Positions 1 through 8,054 of a stretch of DNA of 64,000 nucleotides are shown piece by piece. The notes beneath the pieces were generated by a model, which saw only the letters and a program-made list of their open reading frames with translations, had not been told where the DNA came from and made no database searches. The DNA is from an uncultured Bacilli bacterium (GTDB lineage: Bacteria; Bacillota_I; Bacilli_A; RF39; UBA660), in assembly GCA_947589105.1 (NCBI GenBank), contig CANQBL010000002.1, forward strand, positions 25,698 to 89,697, written 5' to 3'. The stretch's first letter is position 1; each line of letters starts with the position of its first letter. The translations under genes were made by a program, and so were the position numbers.

Positions 1-1
1 A

Positions 2-100
2 TCAAATTCTATTATTGACAAGGTTTCTAATCCAGTAATATATTCTGATGTAATGGGAAGTGATCATTGTCCAATAGGAATTGATTTAAAGCTTAAATAA
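2..100 (+). CDS. 3' end of exodeoxyribonuclease III family gene (partial, runs off window start)
   Basis: Frame 2 translates to ...[23 protein letters not shown]. The SDHCP(V/I) motif is the conserved C-terminal catalytic-His motif of the ExoIII/APE1 family. Confidence 0.5.
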   Translation, partial: SNSIIDKVSNPVIYSDVMGSDHCPIGIDLKLK

Positions 101-107
101 GCTTTTT

Positions 108-184
108 GCTTACGTAGCTCAGTTGGATAGAGCATTACCCTCCGAAGGTAAAGGTCATGAGTTCGACTCTCATCGTGAGCGCCA
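108..184 (+). tRNA. tRNA-Arg (anticodon CCG)
   Basis: Cloverleaf traced by hand: acceptor GCTTACG/CGTGAGC (one G-U), D-arm GCTC..GAGC, anticodon stem TTACC/GGTAA with loop CTCCGAA, T-arm ATGAG/CTCAT with TTCGACT loop, encoded CCA. Confidence 0.85.
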
Positions 185-187
185 AAT

Positions 188-264
<77 letters not shown>

Positions 265-288
265 TAATTATAAAATATAAAAACAAAA

Positions 289-330
289 AACAAGGGACAT
301 AAGTAATGTCCCTCGCTTTTTATTTAGAAT
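289..330 (+). terminator. Rho-independent terminator after the tRNA pair
   Basis: Hairpin AGGGACAT-aagta-ATGTCCCT followed by TTTTTATTT. Confidence 0.7.
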
Positions 331-379
331 AATATAGTAATGAAGATGCATCTTTATTCAAATTTGGGGGAGATTTGGC

Positions 380-688
380 TTGAGTGATATTATTGGTTTA
401 ATTTCTAATAATCTTATTCAAATTATAAGTACAATAATTACCGGTGTTATTGGATATTTGGGAATAAGGCTTAAAAACTTATGTCAGGAATTTATTCAGG
501 AAAAAATTAAAAGGGATATAGTAGAAAAAACGGTTAAGTATGTTGAACAAGTTGGTAAAAATTTAAATTGTTCTGAAAAAAAAGAAAAAGCTTTGGAAAA
601 ATCATTAGAATGGATGAAAGAAAAGAAGATAAGTATTAGTGATACGGAACTTGAAATCTTAATTGAAAGTGCGGTTAATTGTTTATAA
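380..688 (+). CDS. Phage-type holin-like protein (LL-H holin family-like); N-terminal TM plus charged C-terminal half
   Basis: 102 aa. N-terminal hydrophobic segment IQIISTIITGVIGYLGI, then a K/E-rich tail ending ...SDTELEILIESAVNCL, the pattern typical of LL-H-type holins. The gene starts with TTG after GGGGGAG. Confidence 0.45.
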   Translation: MSDIIGLISNNLIQIISTIITGVIGYLGIRLKNLCQEFIQEKIKRDIVEKTVKYVEQVGKNLNCSEKKEKALEKSLEWMKEKKISISDTELEILIESAVNCL

Positions 689-768
689 CAAAAAGGGCTG
701 TAAGGGCTCTTTTTGTTGTTTATAAATTATATATTTTTCACATAATAAGAAATAAGGAGGAAAATAAA

Positions 769-975
769 ATGCAAAACTATGAAACTGTTCCAAGTATTAT
801 ATCAGTAAAAGACTTAGATTATTTAAGCGATATTTATAATTGGAATTTTAATGCGAGTAAATTAGCAAACCATTTTTTAAACGAAGTAGAAGATAAAGAT
901 ATTAAAGAACTTTTAGAAAAGGCTCGTGATACTCATAAGGAACATTGTATTTCAGTATTAAATATTTTAAGATAA
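769..975 (+). CDS. Small spore-coat-associated protein (partner gene of a CotF-like pair)
   Basis: ATG at 769 follows a strong RBS (AAGGAGGAAAATAAA). 68 aa, MQNYETVPSIISVKDLDYLSDIYNW..., lying immediately upstream of a Coat F-domain gene. The ORF-track start at 679 has no RBS. Confidence 0.45.
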   Translation: MQNYETVPSIISVKDLDYLSDIYNWNFNASKLANHFLNEVEDKDIKELLEKARDTHKEHCISVLNILR

Positions 976-986
976 GGAGAATATTG

Positions 987-1307
987 ATGAATAACAAAAT
1001 AAATAACCCTAAAAAAAAGGTTTCAAAAACAAGAGAAATGAATGATAAAGACTACATAACATCGATGCTAGAAGTTGAAAAGTCAATTGTAAAAGACTAT
1101 GCAGTTGCTTTAACAGAGGCGAGCAACAAAGATTTATATGAAGATTTTCATGATATGTTTGATGATGTAAGTGATTTGCAAAGGCAGATATATGATCTAA
1201 TGTTTAGGAAGGGTTGGTACTCTTTAGAAACTGCTGAAGAAGATATAATTATTCAAAAAGCAAATAAATTAGAACAAGAATTACCACAATTGGTAAATAA
1301 TGGTTAA
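987..1307 (+). CDS. Coat F domain protein (spore coat protein F-like)
   Basis: ATG at 987 follows the RBS AAGGAGA. MNDKDYITSMLEVEKSIVKDYAVALTEASNKDLYEDFHDMFDDVSDLQRQIYDLMFRKGWY matches the Coat_F / YraD-YhcQ-type domain signature. Confidence 0.6.
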   Translation: MNNKINNPKKKVSKTREMNDKDYITSMLEVEKSIVKDYAVALTEASNKDLYEDFHDMFDDVSDLQRQIYDLMFRKGWYSLETAEEDIIIQKANKLEQELPQLVNNG

Positions 1308-1384
1308 AAATTTAATTTAGGTATTGATTTTTATTAATCTTTTTGATATCATTAATATGCATTGAAATTAATGCATATTTTTCT

Positions 1385-1461
1385 GGGGCTTTAGCTCAGC
1401 TGGCTAGAGCGCCTCGCTTGCACCGAGGAGGTCAAGGGTTCGAATCCCTTAAGCTCCACCA
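1385..1461 (+). tRNA. tRNA-Ala (anticodon TGC)
   Basis: Acceptor GGGGCTT/AAGCTCC with the diagnostic G3:U70 pair; anticodon stem CCTCG/CGAGG, loop CTTGCAC; GGTTCGAATCC T-arm; encoded CCA. Confidence 0.9.
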
Positions 1462-1467
1462 GATTGA

Positions 1468-1496
1468 TAGAAAACTCGGACTTTTATTGTTCGAGT
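1468..1496 (+). other. Stable hairpin after tRNA-Ala (processing site or weak terminator)
   Basis: AAACTCGGA-cttttattg-TTCGAGTTT, a 9-bp stem including one G-U; it is not followed by a strong T-run. Confidence 0.3.
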
Positions 1497-1614
1497 TTTA
1501 ATATATTTAAAAATATTAATAGTATTAAAATTATAAAAAAATCAAAAAAATATATTGCTTTTTTAAATTTTATATAGTAGAATTAAATAGTCAGTTTTAC
1601 CAGTTTTATGAAAT

Positions 1615-1691
<77 letters not shown>

Positions 1692-1705
1692 TTTTATATT
1701 AAACT

Positions 1706-1782
1706 GGCGCGTTGGTGAAGTGGTTTAACACACCGCCCTTTCACGGCGGCATTCATGGGTTCAAATCCCATACGCGTCACCA
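1706..1782 (+). tRNA. tRNA-Glu (anticodon TTC)
   Basis: Acceptor GGCGCGT/ACGCGTC, anticodon stem CCGCC/GGCGG with loop CTTTCAC, T-arm GGTTCAAATCC, encoded CCA. Closely resembles bacterial tRNA-Glu. Confidence 0.85.
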
Positions 1783-1792
1783 AATGAAAATA

Positions 1793-1830
1793 AACCCTTA
1801 TAAAATAAGGGTTTTATTTTTTTATTTATA
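1793..1830. terminator. Bidirectional rho-independent terminator (tRNA cluster on + strand / SEDS gene on - strand)
   Basis: AAACCCTTAT-aaaa-TAAGGGTTT hairpin flanked by A-run and T-run. Confidence 0.7.
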
Positions 1831-1884
1831 ATAAGTTCGTATTATGCGTTATTTATTTACATTTTTTTGATAATTATTTTAATC

Positions 1885-3018
1885 TTAATATTTATTTTTT
1901 TTATGTGTATTTATATCATAATTTAAAATAATTGCAATTCCAATCATATAACTAATTAGTGATGAACCACCATAACTTATAAAGGGTAGAGTTATTCCAG
2001 TTATTGGTAAAAGACCAATATTCATCCCTATATTTTGTATTTGCTGGTATAATATCATTGCTAAAAATCCAGAGATTATAAATTTGTGATTCTTATCATT
2101 ATTATCTTTAGCTAATTTAAATAGAGTAAAGTCAAATAGTATTATTACTATTAATAAAAATATTGTCCCTATTAAACCAAAGTTACTTGCGTATATTGAA
2201 AAAATAAAATCAGTGTGAGCTTCTGGAATATATATTGGGGTATTTCCAATTCCAAAACCAAATAATCCCGCTGATTTAATTGCGGCCATTGCGTTAGTTA
2301 ATTGCATTCCACTACTATTAGTCCAATCAAGTAATCTATCAATTCGGTAAAAGAATGATGTTCCAAAAATATTTATAAAATTATTTTCATAATTAAAATA
2401 GAAGTATAAAAAACTAAATATAAATATTAATACAAGAGAAAATATTATAAAAAAAATACTTTTTCTAATTCCAAAAATAAATAACATTATAAATGATATT
2501 AAAAAATAAATTATTACCATTCCGGTGTCTGGTTCTAAAAAGGTAAGTATGCTAGGAATAAAAGTTATTGTCATAATTAATAAAAAAAGTATAACATCAT
2601 GATAAAATTTTCTTTTTGGATATTTTTTATTAAAATATTCAAATATTTTTGTATTTATAAGTATTAAAATTATTTTGGCAAATTCACTAGGTTGTATTGA
2701 ACCTATGCCTGGTATAGCAAACCAACATTTTGATCCATTTACCTCTGTTCCAAAAATAAGAAGTAAAAAAAGTATTATGTTTATAAAGATATATAATATT
2801 ACTGATATATCTAGTATTTTTTTACAATTTATTTTAGAAGTTATAAAAATAAGTAAAAATCCTATTAAGTACCACATAATTTGCTTAGAAAAAACATCAT
2901 TATTAGAAGATGAAATAGATGTACTATATATTGTAACAAGGCTTATTATAAAAAAAGACGTTAGCAAAGTTATTAAATAATATTTTGTTTTTTTATTGCT
3001 TTTTATGGTAGTCACCAC
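1885..3018 (-). CDS. SEDS family protein (FtsW/RodA/SpoVE-type peptidoglycan polymerase/lipid II flippase)
   Basis: 377 aa, about 10 TM segments; conserved motifs PSEFAKI and GMQLTNAMAAIKSAGLFGFGIGNT...PEAHTDFIFS. Confidence 0.8.
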   Translation of the reverse strand: MVTTIKSNKKTKYYLITLLTSFFIISLVTIYSTSISSSNNDVFSKQIMWYLIGFLLIFITSKINCKKILDISVILYIFINIILFLLLIFGTEVNGSKCWFAIPGIGSIQPSEFAKIILILINTKIFEYFNKKYPKRKFYHDVILFLLIMTITFIPSILTFLEPDTGMVIIYFLISFIMLFIFGIRKSIFFIIFSLVLIFIFSFLYFYFNYENNFINIFGTSFFYRIDRLLDWTNSSGMQLTNAMAAIKSAGLFGFGIGNTPIYIPEAHTDFIFSIYASNFGLIGTIFLLIVIILFDFTLFKLAKDNNDKNHKFIISGFLAMILYQQIQNIGMNIGLLPITGITLPFISYGGSSLISYMIGIAIILNYDINTHKKNKY

Positions 3019-3072
3019 CTTTTATCATGTTTTTAATTTTATTAACATAAAATTTTATAGGAGGATTTTGTT

Positions 3073-3399
3073 ATGAAAGATAAGTTTCCAGAAATTTTTA
3101 AGAATCGGGTAGATAAAATAAAAGGTAAAGTACAAAAAGAATTTTATTATCATAATGAAGAAGCTAATGAAACAAGAAAAAACTCTGAAGTAGAAAATAA
3201 AGAAGTGGATAAAGTAGCTCTTTTAAAAAAAATAAATAATATTTTTACAAGACCTGATTACATTTATCAAGCTGATATTACTATTTTGTACAAAAACGGA
3301 AAAAATATAAATAAAAAAATAGTGGGAATCAAAGATAATTATTTACTAACGTTTGAGGGAGAAAAAATATACATAGATGAAATTTATGATATAAAATAA
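3073..3399 (+). CDS. Hypothetical protein
   Basis: 108-aa ORF with a strong RBS (AGGAGGATTTTGTT-ATG); no recognisable family. Confidence 0.45.
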   Translation: MKDKFPEIFKNRVDKIKGKVQKEFYYHNEEANETRKNSEVENKEVDKVALLKKINNIFTRPDYIYQADITILYKNGKNINKKIVGIKDNYLLTFEGEKIYIDEIYDIK

Positions 3400-3401
3400 A
3401 A

Positions 3402-3424
3402 GACCACGTGTAAGTGGTCTTTTA
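3402..3424. terminator. Bidirectional terminator between convergent genes
   Basis: AAGACCAC-gtgta-AGTGGTCTT hairpin with flanking T/A runs. Confidence 0.7.
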
Positions 3425-3832
3425 TTAAACACCTTCAACATAAGTGTCCCCTAGACATTTTATAGCACATAAGCAATCTGTATTTATTGTGAAGAATGAA
3501 TTTGTTGCAGTATAAGTTGATGTTTCAGCATCAAATGTTAACACTCTAAGTGTTGCACAACAACCATCTACTTTTTCAACCCTAAACGTACTTGAAGTGG
3601 TTGTTTCTCCAGGAGTATTAGATACTGGTATTGAAACTAACGTACCATTACAAGTATATAAAGTTACTGGTCTAGTGTTAAAATCAACTGATGAACTTGG
3701 ACCAAAGAAAGCTCTTGTGCATGTCTCTAAGCAAGAATCGCCAGGACAAACTTCACTTTGAAGAATGTTTATAACTTTTAGTATTTCTGCAATACAGTTA
3801 CATTTTGAACTAGGATTAGAATTGTCACACAT
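3425..3832 (-). CDS. Cysteine-rich Thr/Ser-rich hypothetical protein (possible spore coat/exosporium component)
   Basis: 135 aa with 13 Cys (CNC, CPGDSC, CTRA, GCCA, CLCAIKC) and T/S-rich tracts; RBS AAAGGGTGAAATATT-ATG on the minus strand. No family recognised. Confidence 0.5.
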   Translation of the reverse strand: MCDNSNPSSKCNCIAEILKVINILQSEVCPGDSCLETCTRAFFGPSSSVDFNTRPVTLYTCNGTLVSIPVSNTPGETTTSSTFRVEKVDGCCATLRVLTFDAETSTYTATNSFFTINTDCLCAIKCLGDTYVEGV

Positions 3833-3992
3833 AATATTTCACCCTTTCTATCTTTTTCATTATTAGCTTATTCAAATAATGGTAATTAGTACCACTTTAA
3901 AAGCCCTAGTATTATTAATTTATAAGTTTTATAATTTTTTGCTTGCTTGCTTTTTTATTAATGTTGTTATATAATTTTTTTAGGGTGATGAT

Positions 3993-4307
3993 ATGTTAAA
4001 GTATTTTATTATTGTTGTGATTCTTATTATAATAGCATTAGTAGTAATAAAAGCTAATAAACCTGATTTTAAATATGAAGCAAATAAACTAGTGGAGTAT
4101 TTAGGAGGAATAAAAAACATAACTAATATGGAAGTTAGTGTCTCTAGGTTTAAGGTTACTTTAAAAGATCCTTCAAAAGTTAATAAGGAGGGAATACAAA
4201 AATTAGGCGCGAGGGGTATTGTTGAAATAGATAATACTATGAAAATTATTTTTCAAGATGATGCAAAAAAATTAAAAAAATATATTGATCAGTTAAATAA
4301 CGATTAA
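3993..4307 (+). CDS. Membrane-anchored PTS EIIB-like domain protein with degenerate active site (Cys replaced by Ser)
   Basis: N-terminal TM (FIIVVILIIIALVVI), then LVEYLGGIKNITNMEVSVSRFKVTLKDPSKVNKEGIQKLGARGIVEI..., which aligns to the EIIB(Glc) fold motif LGGkeNI..vdhC.TRLR..lkD..kvd...lk.lGa.gvv. The phospho-Cys position is Ser. Confidence 0.55.
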   Translation: MLKYFIIVVILIIIALVVIKANKPDFKYEANKLVEYLGGIKNITNMEVSVSRFKVTLKDPSKVNKEGIQKLGARGIVEIDNTMKIIFQDDAKKLKKYIDQLNND

Positions 4308-4395
4308 TTTTTACAAAATTTAATAACATTATACAAAATTCGACAAAAAATAACATGGAAGCTTGGTATAATCTACTTAAAGAAAGGAGATTGTT

Positions 4396-5601
4396 ATGGT
4401 AGTTTCCGTGTTTTTAAATGTTATATATTTACTATTTCCATTATTATGCTATTTTCTTTATTTGGTTTATAGTAAAGTTAGTTTTGAAGAAGAAAAGTTT
4501 TTATTTTTTGATTTAGCTATTTTTTCAAGTTATTACATAGGTAGTAGATTTGGTGATTTAACAGTAATATATGGTTTTATAATTAATATTCCACTTTTAT
4601 TGGCTCTTTATAAAAAAAGAATAATACCATCTTTAGTGTTATCATTTTCTACTGCGGTTTTGTTATCTGATTTATATGGGGTATCTTTTTGGTTGTTATT
4701 AATCGAATATATTTTAATACTTATCTTTTCTTTCTTTTCTAAGTATAAGGTAATAAACGTTTTTAGTGTAATAAAAATTACGTTTGCAACGTTAATGTTT
4801 TTTTTAATACAGCGAAATTTTAATGAGAGTTTTTTATTAGTTTTTATACTATTTATAATTATGTATTTTATATTTTATTTTCTAATATCTTTATATGTTA
4901 AAATAGAAAACATAGTTAATATGTATTATTCACTTGAAAGTATAACTAAAGAAAAAAAACTATATGAATCATTATTTAAAATAACTCATGAAATTAAAAA
5001 TCCTTTAGCAGTTTGTAAGGGTTATCTTGAAATGTTTAATATAAAAGATGAAAAAAAAGCAAATAAATACATTAATATAATAAATCAAGAAATAGATAGA
5101 ACTTTAACATTGCTAAAAGATTTTTCAGATGTTTCTAAAATACACGTAGAAAAAAACATAATGGATATAACTATGTTAATGGAAGATGTTTGTGATGAGG
5201 TTTCAATTGCGTTTAATGGGAATATAAAGTTTAAAGAAGATATATTAGAAGACGAAATATTGGTAAATGGTGATTATAATAGGCTTAAACAAGTTTTAAT
5301 AAATTTAGTTAAGAATGCAAAAGAATCAATTAAAGATACTGGTATGGTTATTTTAGAAGGGAAAGTAATAAATAAAAATTATGTAATAAAAGTAATAGAC
5401 AACGGACAAGGAATGGATTCGGAAACCAGCAAAAAAATTGGAACGGCTTTTTATACAACTAAAAAAAATGGAACTGGGCTTGGAGTTTGTTTATCTAAAG
5501 AAATAATAGAAAGACATAATGGGACTATTACTTATTTTTCTAAAGAACAAAAAGGTACTACGGTTAAGATAGTAATTCCAATAAATAAGGCGTCTATTTA
5601 G
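4396..5601 (+). CDS. Orphan sensor histidine kinase with polytopic N-terminal membrane domain
   Basis: 401 aa with about 5-6 TM segments. HisKA H-box HEIKNPLAVCKGYLEM; HATPase_c N-box LVKNAKESI, G1 DNGQGM and G2 GTGLGV. No adjacent response regulator. Confidence 0.8.
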   Translation: MVVSVFLNVIYLLFPLLCYFLYLVYSKVSFEEEKFLFFDLAIFSSYYIGSRFGDLTVIYGFIINIPLLLALYKKRIIPSLVLSFSTAVLLSDLYGVSFWLLLIEYILILIFSFFSKYKVINVFSVIKITFATLMFFLIQRNFNESFLLVFILFIIMYFIFYFLISLYVKIENIVNMYYSLESITKEKKLYESLFKITHEIKNPLAVCKGYLEMFNIKDEKKANKYINIINQEIDRTLTLLKDFSDVSKIHVEKNIMDITMLMEDVCDEVSIAFNGNIKFKEDILEDEILVNGDYNRLKQVLINLVKNAKESIKDTGMVILEGKVINKNYVIKVIDNGQGMDSETSKKIGTAFYTTKKNGTGLGVCLSKEIIERHNGTITYFSKEQKGTTVKIVIPINKASI

Positions 5602-6424
5602 ACGCCTTATCTAACCTGTATAAATAAATTGTAGGATGATTAAATAATCTTACGTTTATTTTACTAGTTCCTATACCTGGATTAATATAAAATTTAATTT
5701 TATTTACTTTCTGATAAGTTTTTTTATAATCACCACTAATTAATATATCTTTTAATTTAGGTATATTTATTGCCCCGTTATGTGTGTGCCCTGATAAAGC
5801 AACGTCTATATCATAATCTTTGTAAGAATTTATATCTTTTGGATTATGAATTGCAAGAATTTTAAAAAACTTGTTTTCTTTATTTAACTCAAAGTAATTT
5901 TTTATTGTATCTTTTCCTAGTAGTACGATTGGAATTGAACTTTTTAAATAAACTAGTTGCTCGTTACTATCTAAATTTATAAATTCAGATAAATTTAATA
6001 TCAATGATGCCTCTTCGAAGTCTTCCTCACCATTTACGTAATATTTTCCTAGTTCAGCATTGATATTTTTTAAATTCTTTATTAAAAAATTTTTTTCATT
6101 ATCGGTAAGCTTATGTCTTTCATCTATTAAGTCTCCAGTAAATATAACTATATCTGGTTTTGTTTCATTAATTTTTCTTACTAGCTCTTTAATCATTTTT
6201 TCATTAACGGAAGAACCATAGTGTAGATCCGAAAATTGAACTATTTTTAAACCATGCATTTGTTTATCTATTTTAGTAGTGTTTATTTTATACTCTTTAA
6301 TAAAGATTCCTTTTGTTCCAATGAAAAAAGAATATAAAATAATTAAGATTATTAGTATTAATAATTTTATTTGCCCTCTTAGTTTTCTTTTTTTAGTTTT
6401 TTCTTTTTTCATGTTAACCTCCAA
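5594..6424 (-). CDS. Membrane-anchored calcineurin-like metallophosphoesterase
   Basis: N-terminal TM; motifs QFSDLHYG, FTGDLID and SGHTHNG. Confidence 0.75.
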   Translation of the reverse strand: MEVNMKKEKTKKRKLRGQIKLLILIILIILYSFFIGTKGIFIKEYKINTTKIDKQMHGLKIVQFSDLHYGSSVNEKMIKELVRKINETKPDIVIFTGDLIDERHKLTDNEKNFLIKNLKNINAELGKYYVNGEEDFEEASLILNLSEFINLDSNEQLVYLKSSIPIVLLGKDTIKNYFELNKENKFFKILAIHNPKDINSYKDYDIDVALSGHTHNGAINIPKLKDILISGDYKKTYQKVNKIKFYINPGIGTSKINVRLFNHPTIYLYRLDKASK

Positions 6425-7148
6425 TTATTTGGGATAAAACTAATATAGTATTATGAATCATATGAATTAAAATAGGTAATACGATGTTATTTGTTTTCGT
6501 AAGAAGATAAGCAAAACAGCACCCCATTGCCCCGTAAGGAATTATGTATAAAAAGTCAAAAATGGTATTGTAACTTCCTAGTACGTGTAAAAGACCAAAA
6601 CCTAATCCACTTATAAAGATAAATAGCCATTTATTTTTAACTATTCCATAAACAGATTTTCTAAATACAAATTCTTCAAATAAAGGAGCAACTAAACAAC
6701 AAGCAAATATCATATAAAAAGGAGCTAATTTAATACTTTGTCTAATAATAGCTTCATTAGTAGAGATATTTTGCTTTAAAATAAAACTAATAATAAAAGA
6801 AGAAATAGTCATTATAATGCAACCTAAGACCCAGCATTTAAGAGATAGCATTACTTTATTTGAGAAGTTTTCTTTTAAATCATTTATTCCTTTTTTTAAT
6901 TCATTTTTAAATATTAAAACTAATAAGATTATATAAACTAAATCATTTAAGAATAAACAAAATATTCTAGGATTTCTAGGTATTTTGCTAAAATTTATTC
7001 CAAAGGAACTAATAAAAGAAATAATAAAATTGCTTTGATATAAAATATATAATAATATTGTTATTAAAAACTTATAATTATTTTTAAACCAATTCTTAAG
7101 GTATTTATTATAAAAATTTTTGACTATATCATCTATCATTTGTTTCAC
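6414..7148 (-). CDS. CPBP family intramembrane metalloprotease (CAAX protease-like)
   Basis: Motif 1 EEFVFRK, motif 2 FGLLH, motif 3 HMIHN. Polytopic membrane protein; overlaps the downstream gene by 11 nt (operon). Confidence 0.75.
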   Translation of the reverse strand: MKQMIDDIVKNFYNKYLKNWFKNNYKFLITILLYILYQSNFIISFISSFGINFSKIPRNPRIFCLFLNDLVYIILLVLIFKNELKKGINDLKENFSNKVMLSLKCWVLGCIIMTISSFIISFILKQNISTNEAIIRQSIKLAPFYMIFACCLVAPLFEEFVFRKSVYGIVKNKWLFIFISGLGFGLLHVLGSYNTIFDFLYIIPYGAMGCCFAYLLTKTNNIVLPILIHMIHNTILVLSQIIGG

Positions 7149-7192
7149 CTCTATTATAAATTATAACAAAAATATTTCTTATATAAAATATT

Positions 7193-7223
7193 TATATCAA
7201 ATTTAAGAAATAAATTTGATATA
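7193..7223. promoter_or_regulatory. Perfect 12-bp inverted repeat (candidate operator) in divergent intergenic region
   Basis: TATATCAAATTT-aagaaat-AAATTTGATATA, located between the minus-strand CPBP/phosphoesterase operon start and the plus-strand gene at 7387. Confidence 0.4.
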
Positions 7224-7386
7224 AACATTAGTTTAAAGTGATAAAAAGTTAAATATAATAAAACCAATTTGTGATTATGTAACTGACTTTAATGATTGTT
7301 TAGTAAGGGTTGTTCAAATGAAAAATGTGTAATATATAAAGAAGGAAATCAAATAACATATTGTACATTTAATTCAATTAAGATTA

Positions 7387-7683
7387 GTGGTGGAATGGTT
7401 ATTTTACATGGTAGATATAAAAACAATGGAATTATTATATTTAGTTAAATTATTATTAGGTAATAAATCAATAGAAAAAACATTTGATGATAAAAATAAA
7501 AGAGATAGCTATATAAAGGAAATTAATGATTACATAAAGGAAAAAGAAACTGAAAAAGATAATGAAGTTGATATTTTAAAAAAACAATTAGAAGAACAAA
7601 TAATTAGTATTGAAAATTCTTATGTAAATAATTTAAAAACATATGTAGATAATTGTTATAATGAATATGTTTTTAAGAAATAA
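7387..7683 (+). CDS. Hypothetical small charged protein (start uncertain)
   Basis: ORF with weak translation signals. K/E-rich; no family recognised. Confidence 0.3.
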   Translation: MVEWLFYMVDIKTMELLYLVKLLLGNKSIEKTFDDKNKRDSYIKEINDYIKEKETEKDNEVDILKKQLEEQIISIENSYVNNLKTYVDNCYNEYVFKK

Positions 7684-7800
7684 AAATTTTAAATTGTAAT
7701 AAAAAAACATTGCAATATATATTTTTTATGCTATAATACATATAGCAACAAAGAGTAGGGCTTAAAAGTCCTGCTCTTTATAATTAAGGAGGAGAATTTT

Positions 7801-8052
7801 ATGACCGAAAAAGTAAAAGCATTAATTGAAGAACCGCTAAAAAAAATTAACGTTAAATTGTGTAGTGTTAATTATGAAAAGGAGGGCTCCATTTATTTTT
7901 TACGTGTGGTAATTGATAAGGAACCTTTCGTGGATGTTGATACATGTGTTAGCGCAACGGAAATTATTAACCCCTTAATTGATGAAATAGAAGATGAATT
8001 TGAAGATGCATACGTACTTGATGTATGTTCTATGGAAAAAGGAGATAAATAA
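7801..8052 (+). CDS. rimP: Ribosome maturation factor RimP, N-terminal domain only (truncated relative to canonical ~150 aa)
   Basis: 83 aa with a strong RBS. LKKINVKLCSVNYEKEGSIYFLRVVIDKE...DVDTCVSATEIINPLIDE resembles the RimP N-domain, and the gene sits directly upstream of nusA as in Firmicutes. The C-terminal Sm-like domain is absent. Confidence 0.55.
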   Translation: MTEKVKALIEEPLKKINVKLCSVNYEKEGSIYFLRVVIDKEPFVDVDTCVSATEIINPLIDEIEDEFEDAYVLDVCSMEKGDK

Positions 8053-8054
8053 AA

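Noticed and set aside
380-1307. Holin plus small genes as evidence of a prophage
   Set aside because: No integrase, terminase, capsid, tail or endolysin genes nearby, and the insert is only about 1.1 kb. Treated as an isolated holin-like gene rather than a prophage.
2675-2980. 101-aa plus-strand ORF inside the SEDS gene
   Set aside because: Antisense to a well-supported membrane-protein gene, with no RBS and low-complexity sequence typical of AT-rich antisense frames.
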